The translations under genes were made by a program, and so were the position numbers. The notes below the pieces were generated by a model. The model saw only the letters and a list, made by a program, of their open reading frames with translations, was not told where the DNA came from and did no database searches. This document shows, piece after piece, positions 1 through 8,172 of a stretch of 32,000 bases of DNA. The DNA lies in the NCBI RefSeq assembly GCF_000018465.1, contig NC_010085.1, forward strand, positions 540,001 to 572,000, given 5' to 3'. The stretch's first letter is position 1, and each line of letters opens with the position of its first letter. The stretch is from Nitrosopumilus maritimus SCM1. GTDB taxonomy: Archaea > Thermoproteota > Nitrososphaeria > Nitrososphaerales > Nitrosopumilaceae.

Positions 1-1
1 A

Positions 2-115
2 AATATACAATTCACCCAAAACCTTGATGAACTCAGCCCTGAACAATTAGAATGGCATAAGTTAGTTTATCAAGAAAATTTGGAATGGGAATATGAACAA
101 GAACCCACTTCGTAA
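2..115 (+). CDS. 3' end of an unidentified CDS entering from the left window edge (partial)
   Basis: Frame 2 is open from the window edge to TAA at 113-115 (..LDELSPEQLEWHKLVYQENLEWEYEQEPTS*), followed by a T5 run. It is absent from the ORF track because it has no in-window start. No recognisable domain. Confidence 0.3.
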   Translation, partial: NIQFTQNLDELSPEQLEWHKLVYQENLEWEYEQEPTS

Positions 116-146
116 TTTTTACAATTACTGATTTTATGAAAGTAGC

Positions 147-1508
147 CTAAACTTTGACTCTGATTTTGCCTGTCAAAAGTTTCTGCATTAGTCCTTTTTT
201 GAGAGATTCTAGAGATTTCTTTTTTAATTCAAGATTTGATATGTTAGAATCAACATCAGAAAGTACTGAAATGATTTTTTCTTGTTCTTCTATTGAAGAT
301 ATGTATGGAATTAACAGATTTTGTTGATTTGTTATTCCTATGTAATCTCGTGTAGATTGTTTTGCTAACGATTTTAGTTGTTTTTGAAAATCAAAACTTT
401 GAAAAATATAATATAGAAATTTAGGAATAATTTTACTGGATAATCGATAGTAAGTTGTTTGAGGTGAAAGAATAATTCTATCAAATTTATTTCCAACAAC
501 TGCCACATTTCCAACACTTCCTTTATGAGACAGTAAAACATCTTTTTGTTTGGCAAATCCGATTCTTAGTATTTTTAGAAATTTTTCAGGTAGGAATTTA
601 CATAAATCATAGTTAATGTTATCGTTCATCAAACAATCTGCTGTAACAAACGGAATTCCTTTTTGAATAAAATCTAAAGATTTAGGATGTAATTCTCCAT
701 GATTTCCATCTTGAATTTCTAGAATTCTCTTTTCATCAACTAATTTTTTGATTTTCACATATTCCCAAGAATCAGGAATTTCAAAATAATTTCCAAATCT
801 GTCGAATACTTTCTTAAATTTCTTATGTTTGATTCCTTTTGTTAGGAGTTGCTGTAGTAAGCCAATCTTGAGATGTTTTGTTTGATCTATGATTTTCTCA
901 TATGAATAGATTAGATTATCAACATTAGACAATATGGAAAGAATTTTTTGTTGTTCAGAAATTTTTGGAGTTTTGATTAACAGATTTTTGATAATTCCGG
1001 TATTCAATCCTCCCATAACCAACCCCCTTGATTCTTTAATTATCTGACGATAAACAAAATTTGATTTCAAAAAATAATACAAGAACTTAGGAAGAAGTTT
1101 CTCGTGATCTAGAGAAATTTTTAAAAGATGGGATGAAATAATTGCTCTTCCTATATCTTCAGGGACAATTGCTGTTTTCCCTAATGTTCCCATCATTGTA
1201 ATTAGAACATCGTTTGGTTTTACAGTAAATCCTTTTAGTTTCTCATATTTTTCTTCAGTAATGAATTTTTGATATTTCCAAGTAAACTTATCATTCACAA
1301 TATTTTCAATCCAAAGTGTTTTAATTTTTCCAGAATTCAATAATTCATGAGTCTTTAAACTACTTCCAAAAGGTCCCATCCGAATTGATGATTTTTCATT
1401 TTTTGGAGTCAATTTGTCCAAAATTACATAATTCCAATCTTCAGGAATTTCTTCGTATTTTCCAAAAAGTGACTTTACTAGTTTGTATCCTGGTTTTACT
1501 TTTGCCAA
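147..1508 (-). CDS. hsdS: Type I R-M specificity subunit HsdS, copy 1 (two TRDs)
   Basis: 453 aa. Two variable target-recognition halves are separated by the central conserved helix LLQQLLTKGIKHKKFKKV, and the protein ends in the distal conserved helix GLMQKLLTGKIRV. The TTG start lies 1 nt after the hsdM stop, suggesting translational coupling. Confidence 0.9.
   Translation of the reverse strand: MAKVKPGYKLVKSLFGKYEEIPEDWNYVILDKLTPKNEKSSIRMGPFGSSLKTHELLNSGKIKTLWIENIVNDKFTWKYQKFITEEKYEKLKGFTVKPNDVLITMMGTLGKTAIVPEDIGRAIISSHLLKISLDHEKLLPKFLYYFLKSNFVYRQIIKESRGLVMGGLNTGIIKNLLIKTPKISEQQKILSILSNVDNLIYSYEKIIDQTKHLKIGLLQQLLTKGIKHKKFKKVFDRFGNYFEIPDSWEYVKIKKLVDEKRILEIQDGNHGELHPKSLDFIQKGIPFVTADCLMNDNINYDLCKFLPEKFLKILRIGFAKQKDVLLSHKGSVGNVAVVGNKFDRIILSPQTTYYRLSSKIIPKFLYYIFQSFDFQKQLKSLAKQSTRDYIGITNQQNLLIPYISSIEEQEKIISVLSDVDSNISNLELKKKSLESLKKGLMQKLLTGKIRVKV
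1458..1496. repeat. Left arm of a 39-bp perfect inverted repeat (inside the 5' end of hsdS copy 1)
   Basis: ttttccaaaaagtgactttactagtttgtatcctggttt is the exact reverse complement of 3160-3198. It encodes KPGYKLVKSLFGK in both genes, codon-aligned. Confidence 0.95.
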
Positions 1509-1509
1509 T

Positions 1510-3081
1510 CTAGACCTTGAATCCTAATTCCTTTAGATCTTGTTTGACTTTTAGTTCAAGCTCGTCTCTTTCCTTGTCCAGTTTCTTGAGTTCATCTATT
1601 GTTGCCTGAATGTCTATGATTTTTTCTTCTTCTGAAATATCCACATATCTAGGAACGTTGAGGTTGAACTCATTTTCTCTGATTTCATCGAGTTCTGCAA
1701 CATGACAATACTTATCCTCATCTTTGAATGCCTTGAATGCCTTAACAATATGTTCGATGTCTTTGTCTCTTAACTTGTTTCTTACTTTTCCTTCTTGAAA
1801 TTCATTAGCTGCATAAATGAACAAAATTTTGTTTTTTCTTTCCTTTGGTTTGTTTTTGTTTAAGATTAAGACACATGCTGGAATTCCTGTTCCATAGAAT
1901 AATGCAACAGGTAATGCAATTATTGCCTCTATCATATCTCCTTGCAAGTTTTCATCCTTGTTTCCTGCAATCATATTTTCTCTGATTTTTTGCTCAGAAC
2001 TACCTCTGAAGAGAACCCCCTGTGAACAAACAATTGCAGCCTTTCCATTTTCATTTAAACTAGATAGCATGTGAAGGATAAATGCAAAATCTGCTTTGTC
2101 TTTGGCAGGGGCGATTCCGTACTTGAATCGTCCATATCCATCATTTTCTTTTCCAGATGCTTCCCAATTTTCACTAAATGGAAAATTTGCTAAAACTCTA
2201 TCATACTCGATTAACTTTCCATCTTTAACAAATTTTGGAGACTCTAGGACATCACCCCACTCTATAGAAAATGACGGAACCCCATGAATAACCATGTTCA
2301 TTTTGCACATGTTTACTGTATCGATATTACTATCCTGCCCGTGCAGTGTGAGATTTTTTAATAATTCTTCGATTTCTTTACTTGATTTTTTTTCTTTTTT
2401 TAGAGATTTTTCCACATATTGTCTTGAGTGTATTAACATGCCCCCTGAACCACAAGTAGGATCATTTATCCTGTAATCGTATTTTGGCTCCATTAACTCT
2501 ACAAGTAATTGTACTACTTTTCTTGGGGTGTAGAATTGACCTCCCTTCTTTTTTGTCTCACTTGCAAACATTTCCAAAAGCTGTTCATATGCATCCCCAA
2601 AGATATCCTCATTTTCTAAATCTGAATTTCTAAGACGAAAGTATCCTTCATCTGTTGTACTGAAATGATCAATTAATTTTACTAGAGCAGTATCTGGATA
2701 TTTCTCTTTGATGTTAAATTCTGACACCATCATGGTGCCTCCTAATTTTTTCTGATTCGCATCTTCTATTTTTTTACAAATTTCTATAATTTTTGACCCA
2801 ACATCTTCAGAAACATTTTGTAATTTGTTCCATCTGGTGTCTTCTGGCAAGTAAAATATTGGATGCCTTCTTTTGTTTTCTGCTTCTTTCTTTGAGAGCC
2901 CTTCATCTTTCATCAGTTTTTCAACATTTTCTTCAAAAATATCATTCAGTCTTTTTAGAAACAATAATGTAAGTACCGGTTTTCTGTTTTCACTTGCATC
3001 TAGATGCTTTCGTAAAATGTCTGCTGCATCAAAAAGACGTTGTTCTAATTGTTCAAAAGTAAGTTTCTGATCTGACAACAA
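1510..3081 (-). CDS. hsdM: Type I R-M DNA methyltransferase subunit HsdM (N6-adenine, gamma class)
   Basis: 523 aa. HsdM_N-like N-terminus (LFDAADILRK..LLFLKRLNDIF), FYTPR, motif I NDPTCGSGGML, and motif IV NFPF at 2176-2187. TTG start. Confidence 0.95.
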   Translation of the reverse strand: MLSDQKLTFEQLEQRLFDAADILRKHLDASENRKPVLTLLFLKRLNDIFEENVEKLMKDEGLSKKEAENKRRHPIFYLPEDTRWNKLQNVSEDVGSKIIEICKKIEDANQKKLGGTMMVSEFNIKEKYPDTALVKLIDHFSTTDEGYFRLRNSDLENEDIFGDAYEQLLEMFASETKKKGGQFYTPRKVVQLLVELMEPKYDYRINDPTCGSGGMLIHSRQYVEKSLKKEKKSSKEIEELLKNLTLHGQDSNIDTVNMCKMNMVIHGVPSFSIEWGDVLESPKFVKDGKLIEYDRVLANFPFSENWEASGKENDGYGRFKYGIAPAKDKADFAFILHMLSSLNENGKAAIVCSQGVLFRGSSEQKIRENMIAGNKDENLQGDMIEAIIALPVALFYGTGIPACVLILNKNKPKERKNKILFIYAANEFQEGKVRNKLRDKDIEHIVKAFKAFKDEDKYCHVAELDEIRENEFNLNVPRYVDISEEEKIIDIQATIDELKKLDKERDELELKVKQDLKELGFKV

Positions 3082-3100
3082 TAAGTCCAGTTATGAGTCT

Positions 3101-3110
3101 CATATAGCAT
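3101..3110 (-). promoter_or_regulatory. Candidate TATA-like element for hsdM-hsdS1 (minus strand reads atgctatatg)
   Basis: A/T-rich TATA-like hexamer centred ~24 nt upstream of the hsdM start (3081), in a 72-bp divergent intergenic region. The spacing fits a leaderless archaeal transcript. Confidence 0.3.
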
Positions 3111-3124
3111 TTTTTGTAAAACGG

Positions 3125-3132
3125 CTTAATAC
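3125..3132 (+). promoter_or_regulatory. Candidate TATA-like element for hsdS2-hsdR (cttaatac)
   Basis: ttaata is centred ~25 nt upstream of the ATG at 3154. The same GGCTTAATA string recurs upstream of the aIF1 gene (23642-23650). Confidence 0.3.
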
Positions 3133-3153
3133 GCAGCAAATTCTCATGAATCT

Positions 3154-4470
3154 ATGCCTAAACCAGGATACAAACTAGTAAAGTCACTTTTTGGAAAAGA
3201 AATAGAAATTCCTGAAACATGGAAAATTTGTAATCTGGGAGATCTTTTAACAAAAATACAAGATGGGAATTATGGTGAAAGTTATCCCAAAGAATCAGAA
3301 TTTTTGGATTCTGGAATTCCTTTCATTAGGGGAACTGAAATTACCAAAAATTTCATAGATGGTAAAAAAGTGAAATATATTTCAAAAACTAAACATGACG
3401 AACTACAAAAAGCTCACATAGAAACTGGAGATGTACTTTTTTTGAATCGTGGAGGAATAACTAGAACTGTTGCAATAGTGCCTCCAAAATATGATGATGC
3501 AAACATAGGACCACAACTAACATTACTTCGCTGTAATACAAAGATCATTCACAACAAATACTTGTATTATTTTATTCAAGGGGAAAATTTTAAAAAACAA
3601 GTAATTAGTAGTGATGCAGGTACTGCATTACAATTTTTTGGAATTGAAAAAACTAAAAAATTTAAGATTACTTTACCTGAAATTAGAGAACAACAGAAAA
3701 TTGTATCAGTATTAAATTCTATAGATAACCTGCTTTCTTCATACGATAAAACAATACAAACAACCCAGAAATTGAAAAAAGGCTTGATGCAGAAATTACT
3801 AACAAAAGGAATAGATCACAAAAAATTCAAGAAAGTTCCATGGTTATTTGGAAAAGAGATAGAGATTCCTGAAGAATGGGAAATTAAGAAAATTGAAGAT
3901 TTATTCAAATTAAAATCTGGTAGCACCCCATCTAGGAAAATTCCAGAATATTTTGCTGGAAATATTCCTTGGATAACAAGTACGGATCTTAATCGTTCCA
4001 AAATTACTTCTACGTTAGAAAAAATTACTCCTGAAGCAGTAAAACAAACAAATCTGAAATTACTTCCTAAAGGGACATTTTTGATTGCGACATACGGATT
4101 AGAGGCAGCTGGAACTAGAGGAAAATGTGGAATTACTAAAATGGAATCTACTTGTAATCAAGCATGTATGGCATTTTTACCTTCATCTGAAATTACATCT
4201 GAATTTTTATTTTACTTTTATCTGTACTTTGGAGAAAAAATCATTTTCAGTATTGCACAAGGAACAAAACAACAAAATCTCTATTCGGATACTCTCAAAA
4301 AAGTTTCCATGTTTGTTCCCCCACAAAAAGAACAAAAGAGAATTGTAAATTTTCTTGATCAAATTGATTCTCATCTCTTTGAACTAGAATCAAAAAAAAC
4401 TGGACTAGACAAAATCAAGAAAGGTTTGATACAAAAACTCTTGACCAGTAAAATCAGAGTCAAATTTTAA
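3154..4470 (+). CDS. hsdS: Type I R-M specificity subunit HsdS, copy 2 (two TRDs, different from copy 1)
   Basis: 438 aa. It shares the N-terminal KPGYKLVKSLFGK, the central LLTKGIDHKKFKKV and the C-terminal GLIQKLLTSKIRV conserved blocks with copy 1, but both TRDs are unrelated in sequence. ATG start. Confidence 0.9.
   Translation: MPKPGYKLVKSLFGKEIEIPETWKICNLGDLLTKIQDGNYGESYPKESEFLDSGIPFIRGTEITKNFIDGKKVKYISKTKHDELQKAHIETGDVLFLNRGGITRTVAIVPPKYDDANIGPQLTLLRCNTKIIHNKYLYYFIQGENFKKQVISSDAGTALQFFGIEKTKKFKITLPEIREQQKIVSVLNSIDNLLSSYDKTIQTTQKLKKGLMQKLLTKGIDHKKFKKVPWLFGKEIEIPEEWEIKKIEDLFKLKSGSTPSRKIPEYFAGNIPWITSTDLNRSKITSTLEKITPEAVKQTNLKLLPKGTFLIATYGLEAAGTRGKCGITKMESTCNQACMAFLPSSEITSEFLFYFYLYFGEKIIFSIAQGTKQQNLYSDTLKKVSMFVPPQKEQKRIVNFLDQIDSHLFELESKKTGLDKIKKGLIQKLLTSKIRVKF
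3160..3198. repeat. Right arm of the 39-bp perfect inverted repeat (inside the 5' end of hsdS copy 2)
   Basis: aaaccaggatacaaactagtaaagtcactttttggaaaa is the exact reverse complement of 1458-1496. Confidence 0.95.
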
Positions 4471-4500
4471 GTAATTTTCCTCCATGTGTTGTCTGCGGCA

Positions 4501-4507
4501 TTTTTTT
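4501..4507 (+). terminator. Oligo-T tract (T7) after hsdS2
   Basis: gcatttttttatcc lies 31 nt after the hsdS2 stop. Archaeal terminators are oligo-T runs. It could attenuate read-through into hsdR. Confidence 0.25.
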
Positions 4508-4536
4508 ATCCTAGACAATATGTAACGTATTAAATT

Positions 4537-7500
4537 ATGAATTTTAGAATAGAGGATAATGAGGAAGGGCGACAAGTTGAACTTCCTGCATTAGAGCTAA
4601 TCACTGCATTAGGCTACACATACATTCCAAATTATGAGCTAAACATTCCTAAAGAAAGGCCTGATCACAGGCAAGTACTGCTATATCCTAGGCTCAGGGC
4701 TGCAATAAAACGACTAAACGACTTTGATGATGATGGAATAGAACAGGCAATCGCCCAGATTCATGAAGACAACTTTCCAATTGGAATGCCGATGATTGAT
4801 GCAAATGAAAAAATTCGAATCAAACTAACCGGTCGTGCAGGAGAAAACGCAATTGCACAACCCATCACCATAAAACAGTATGGAAAGAAAGGAATTGAAT
4901 ATCCTACTGTAAAATTCTTTGATTTTGATCCTAAAAAAATTGGAACTAAAGAAGACAAAAACGAGTATCTTGTCACCAACCAATTCAAACATCTTGGCAA
5001 TCGAACTGAAATTGAATGCGACATTGTTATTTTTGTAAATGGTATTCCCCTAGTCCTAATTGAATGCAAAAAACCAACAACTATTGATCTTATGAAGACA
5101 GTATGGAAAGAAAATCTGGAAAAATATCAAAGAGATGGCTCTCACAGTTTGGGTCATGAAAAATTATTTTTCTTTAATCACGTAATCATGGCAACTAGCG
5201 CTATTCAAGCAAGATATGGAACATTAAAGGCACTGCCAAACAAGTATGCAAAATGGACTAGTCTTACAAACATCACGACAAAGGAACTAGAAAAGTTGGT
5301 TGGAAGAAAACCCACACCACAAGACATTATGCTTGCTGGAATGATAAAAAAAGAAACACTGCTTGATATGCTCAAAAATTTTGTTCTGTATGAAATTGAA
5401 GAACATAAAAAAATAAAAAAAGTTGCAAAACATCAACAATACCGTGTAGTTACAAAGTCTGTAGACAGAATAAGTCATCATAAAAAAGTAGAAGACAAGG
5501 GTGGTGTCATTTGGCACACTCAGGGTTCAGGAAAATCTCTTTCAATGGTATGGTTTGCAACTCAACTCTATTACAAATTCAGCAGACCGACAATCATGGT
5601 AATTACTGATAGGAGGCAACTTAACAAGCAGATTTTTGACACCTTTAGAAATTGTGGATTCCCAGAGCCTGAAAAACCACGAAATCGAAGTCAATTAGCA
5701 AAAACCCTTCAGTATTCAAAGGGAAAAACAATCATGGTAAACCTCCAAAAATTTGACAAACCTGAAAAATTTGTAGAGACAAAAGAAAAGATCTATGTAC
5801 TTGTAGATGAGGCACACCGGTCTCAATACAAGTGGACTGCTGGTTATATGCGTAAGGCCATGCCTAACGCTGTATTTTTTGCATTTACTGGTACTCCTCT
5901 CGATAGAGAAAATAAAAACACATACCGAAGATTTGGACCATTAATTGACAAGTATTCCTTTACAGAATCTAAAGAAGATGGCGCAACAGTCAAAGTAGAA
6001 CATATGGGATTGCTTCCAGAGATTGAAATTGAGGGTGGTAACTCACTTAACAATATTTTTGATAATTTATTTGGTCATTTACCAAAAGCCCAACAAGCGG
6101 AGATTAGAAGAAAATATGCAACAAAAAAGAAGATTGCATCATCTCCTGCAAGAATACGAAAGATTTGTGAAAAAATTGTAGATCATTACACAAAAAAGAT
6201 TCTTCCAAATGGATACAAGGCAATGATTGTTGCACCAACTAGAGCAGCAGCAGTAACATACAAACGAGAACTAGAAGATCTTACAAAACTTCCTGCCAGA
6301 ATTATTATGGATTCTAAAAAAGATGAAGTTGGTCCTGATGAATTCAGTTGGGCAGATTATTATCTTCCACAAAATGAAGCATTGAAAAAAGCAGAGGAAT
6401 TTACAAATCCTGATGATCCCACAAAATTTTTGATTGTTGTAGATATGTTGCTTGTTGGGTATGATGCACCAATTGTTCAAGTGATGTATCTTGATAGACC
6501 TCTACGAGAACATGCATTGCTTCAAGCAATAGCTCGAGTAAATAGAATTTATGATGAACACAAGGATAGGGGATTCATTATCGACTTTTGGGGAGTTACA
6601 AGAGACTTGCAAAATGCACTAAAGATGTTTGAAGAACAAGATGTTCAAGGTGCATTGGATAATGTTGATGATGATTTGTTAGAGTTAGACGTACGACACA
6701 AAGATTTCATGGAAAAAATCCAAGGAATAGATTCCAAAGATCATAACGAGATTGCAAAAAGATTCGAAGATGAAGATGAACAAGAGGAATTTGAATATGC
6801 GTTCAAGCGTTTTGCAAAGGCACTAGAAGCTGTTCTTCCAGACAAAGAAGCAGTCCCCTATGAAAAAGACTTGAAGAAAGGGTATGAGATTAGGGGTAAA
6901 ATCCGTGCCTGGTTTTATGGTGACAGGGCTGATCTAAGCGAATATGGCAAGAAAGTACAAAAGATAATCGACAAGCATATTCGAGCTATAGGAATTTCAG
7001 AAATTTCTGGTTCCAAAGAAATTACATATGACAACTTTTTGGGATTTATTGCAAAATTCAAAGGCGATAACAGGGCAAAAGCAGCTCTGATAAAGAAAAG
7101 AGCAACACTCGTAATTCGTGAAATGAGTCCTGACAACCCTGCATTTTATCAAAAACTCAAAGAAAGACTGGAAAAATTAATCCAAGACGAAAAGGAACGA
7201 AGAGTAGATGATGCACAATACTTTGAAGGAATAAGGGATATCTTTGAAGAGGCACTATCTGGTCCTGAAAAATTACAAAAACAAACAGGAATCAAAGACC
7301 GATTTCAACTTGCCATTTACATGCTATTAGAAGAAAAACATTCAGATTTAAAACAAAACAAAAAATATTCTGAAGAGATATTCAAGAAAGTCAAAAAGGC
7401 TGCATCTGTAAAAGACTGGAGAGACAAGGAACCGCAAGAAAACGAAATTGAATTGGCTGTAATTGATACACTTGATAAAAAAATATTTGATGAAAAAACT

Positions 7501-7557
7501 CGAGACAAATTAGCTTCTGAAGTATACAAAATGGCAGTGAATAACAATGAATGGTAA
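4537..7557 (+). CDS. hsdR: Type I R-M restriction/translocase subunit HsdR
   Basis: 1006 aa. N-terminal PD-(D/E)xK nuclease (DIVIFVNGIPLVLIECKKP). SF2 helicase motifs: I HTQGSGKSLSM, II VLVDEAHRSQY, III FTGTP, VI QAIARVNR. Confidence 0.95.
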   Translation: MNFRIEDNEEGRQVELPALELITALGYTYIPNYELNIPKERPDHRQVLLYPRLRAAIKRLNDFDDDGIEQAIAQIHEDNFPIGMPMIDANEKIRIKLTGRAGENAIAQPITIKQYGKKGIEYPTVKFFDFDPKKIGTKEDKNEYLVTNQFKHLGNRTEIECDIVIFVNGIPLVLIECKKPTTIDLMKTVWKENLEKYQRDGSHSLGHEKLFFFNHVIMATSAIQARYGTLKALPNKYAKWTSLTNITTKELEKLVGRKPTPQDIMLAGMIKKETLLDMLKNFVLYEIEEHKKIKKVAKHQQYRVVTKSVDRISHHKKVEDKGGVIWHTQGSGKSLSMVWFATQLYYKFSRPTIMVITDRRQLNKQIFDTFRNCGFPEPEKPRNRSQLAKTLQYSKGKTIMVNLQKFDKPEKFVETKEKIYVLVDEAHRSQYKWTAGYMRKAMPNAVFFAFTGTPLDRENKNTYRRFGPLIDKYSFTESKEDGATVKVEHMGLLPEIEIEGGNSLNNIFDNLFGHLPKAQQAEIRRKYATKKKIASSPARIRKICEKIVDHYTKKILPNGYKAMIVAPTRAAAVTYKRELEDLTKLPARIIMDSKKDEVGPDEFSWADYYLPQNEALKKAEEFTNPDDPTKFLIVVDMLLVGYDAPIVQVMYLDRPLREHALLQAIARVNRIYDEHKDRGFIIDFWGVTRDLQNALKMFEEQDVQGALDNVDDDLLELDVRHKDFMEKIQGIDSKDHNEIAKRFEDEDEQEEFEYAFKRFAKALEAVLPDKEAVPYEKDLKKGYEIRGKIRAWFYGDRADLSEYGKKVQKIIDKHIRAIGISEISGSKEITYDNFLGFIAKFKGDNRAKAALIKKRATLVIREMSPDNPAFYQKLKERLEKLIQDEKERRVDDAQYFEGIRDIFEEALSGPEKLQKQTGIKDRFQLAIYMLLEEKHSDLKQNKKYSEEIFKKVKKAASVKDWRDKEPQENEIELAVIDTLDKKIFDEKTRDKLASEVYKMAVNNNEW

Positions 7558-8086
7558 GATTCGATATGGAAAAAAATCCATTGGTTATTCTATAGTTAAA
7601 AGTACGAGAAGAAAGACTTCGGAGATTCAAGTTGATGAGAAAAAAATAGTGTTGCGTGTTCCTAGTACCAAAACAAAAGACGAGATTAGAAATATCATGG
7701 AAGAAAAAAAACAATGGATCTTCAAAAGGCAACTGGAATTTGCTGACCATGAGAAAAGAAGACTCTCTACAAAACAAAAAACTCCTTTGTATATGCAAAA
7801 AAGAACATGGAAATTAGCCTCAAAAATAGGTGTAAAACCCTCAAAAGTGGTAGTAAAAAACCTGAAATCCAGATGGGGAAGTGCTGGGAAAAATGGAACC
7901 ATTACTTTGAATCGGGCGTTAACAAAAACTCCTCCTAGAATTATTGACTATGTGATCATTCATGAATTATGTCATTTGAAAATTCAAAATCATTCAAAGG
8001 CTTTCTGGAATTTGCTCTGTAGGTTTGACAAAAACTATGAATCAAAAATCAATTGGCTTGAGACCCACTCAAACCAGATCTTGTGA
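7547..8086 (+). CDS. DUF45 / YgjP-type zinc-dependent hydrolase (M48-like metallopeptidase fold)
   Basis: 179 aa. SRWGSAGKNGTITLN followed by IDYVIIHELCHLKIQNHSKAFW (HExxH) is the DUF45 signature. The ATG overlaps the hsdR 3' end by 11 nt. Confidence 0.85.
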   Translation: MNGKIRYGKKSIGYSIVKSTRRKTSEIQVDEKKIVLRVPSTKTKDEIRNIMEEKKQWIFKRQLEFADHEKRRLSTKQKTPLYMQKRTWKLASKIGVKPSKVVVKNLKSRWGSAGKNGTITLNRALTKTPPRIIDYVIIHELCHLKIQNHSKAFWNLLCRFDKNYESKINWLETHSNQIL

Positions 8087-8142
8087 AAAATTATCCATCT
8101 TTTATCTGAAATGGACGTTTTTGATCGCATTTAACCCTCAGG

Positions 8143-8152
8143 TTTAAATATT
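8143..8152 (+). promoter_or_regulatory. Candidate TATA-like element (tttaaatatt) for the 730-aa gene
   Basis: Centred ~25 nt upstream of the GTG start at 8173. Confidence 0.3.
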
Positions 8153-8172
8153 AGTTTAAAGACTAAAATAGT

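Noticed and set aside
3093-3103. Small palindrome atgag-t-ctcat in the hsdM/hsdS2 divergent promoter region as a controller-protein operator
   Set aside because: The arms are only 5 bp, no C-protein gene is adjacent, and it is too short to be meaningful.
147-4470. One of the two hsdS genes being a silent or pseudogene cassette, as in some phase-variable loci
   Set aside because: Both are full length, with start codons, both TRDs and all three conserved regions intact, and each sits in an expressed-looking context.
7391-7798. 135-aa minus-strand ORF, plus the many other 60-114-aa ORFs antisense to large genes (e.g. 4761-5069, 17048-17392, 10431-10709, 2096-2476)
   Set aside because: All lie fully inside, and antisense to, well-supported genes with strong domain signatures. 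They are F/L/I/S-rich, as expected for reverse-complement reading of AT-rich coding sequence.
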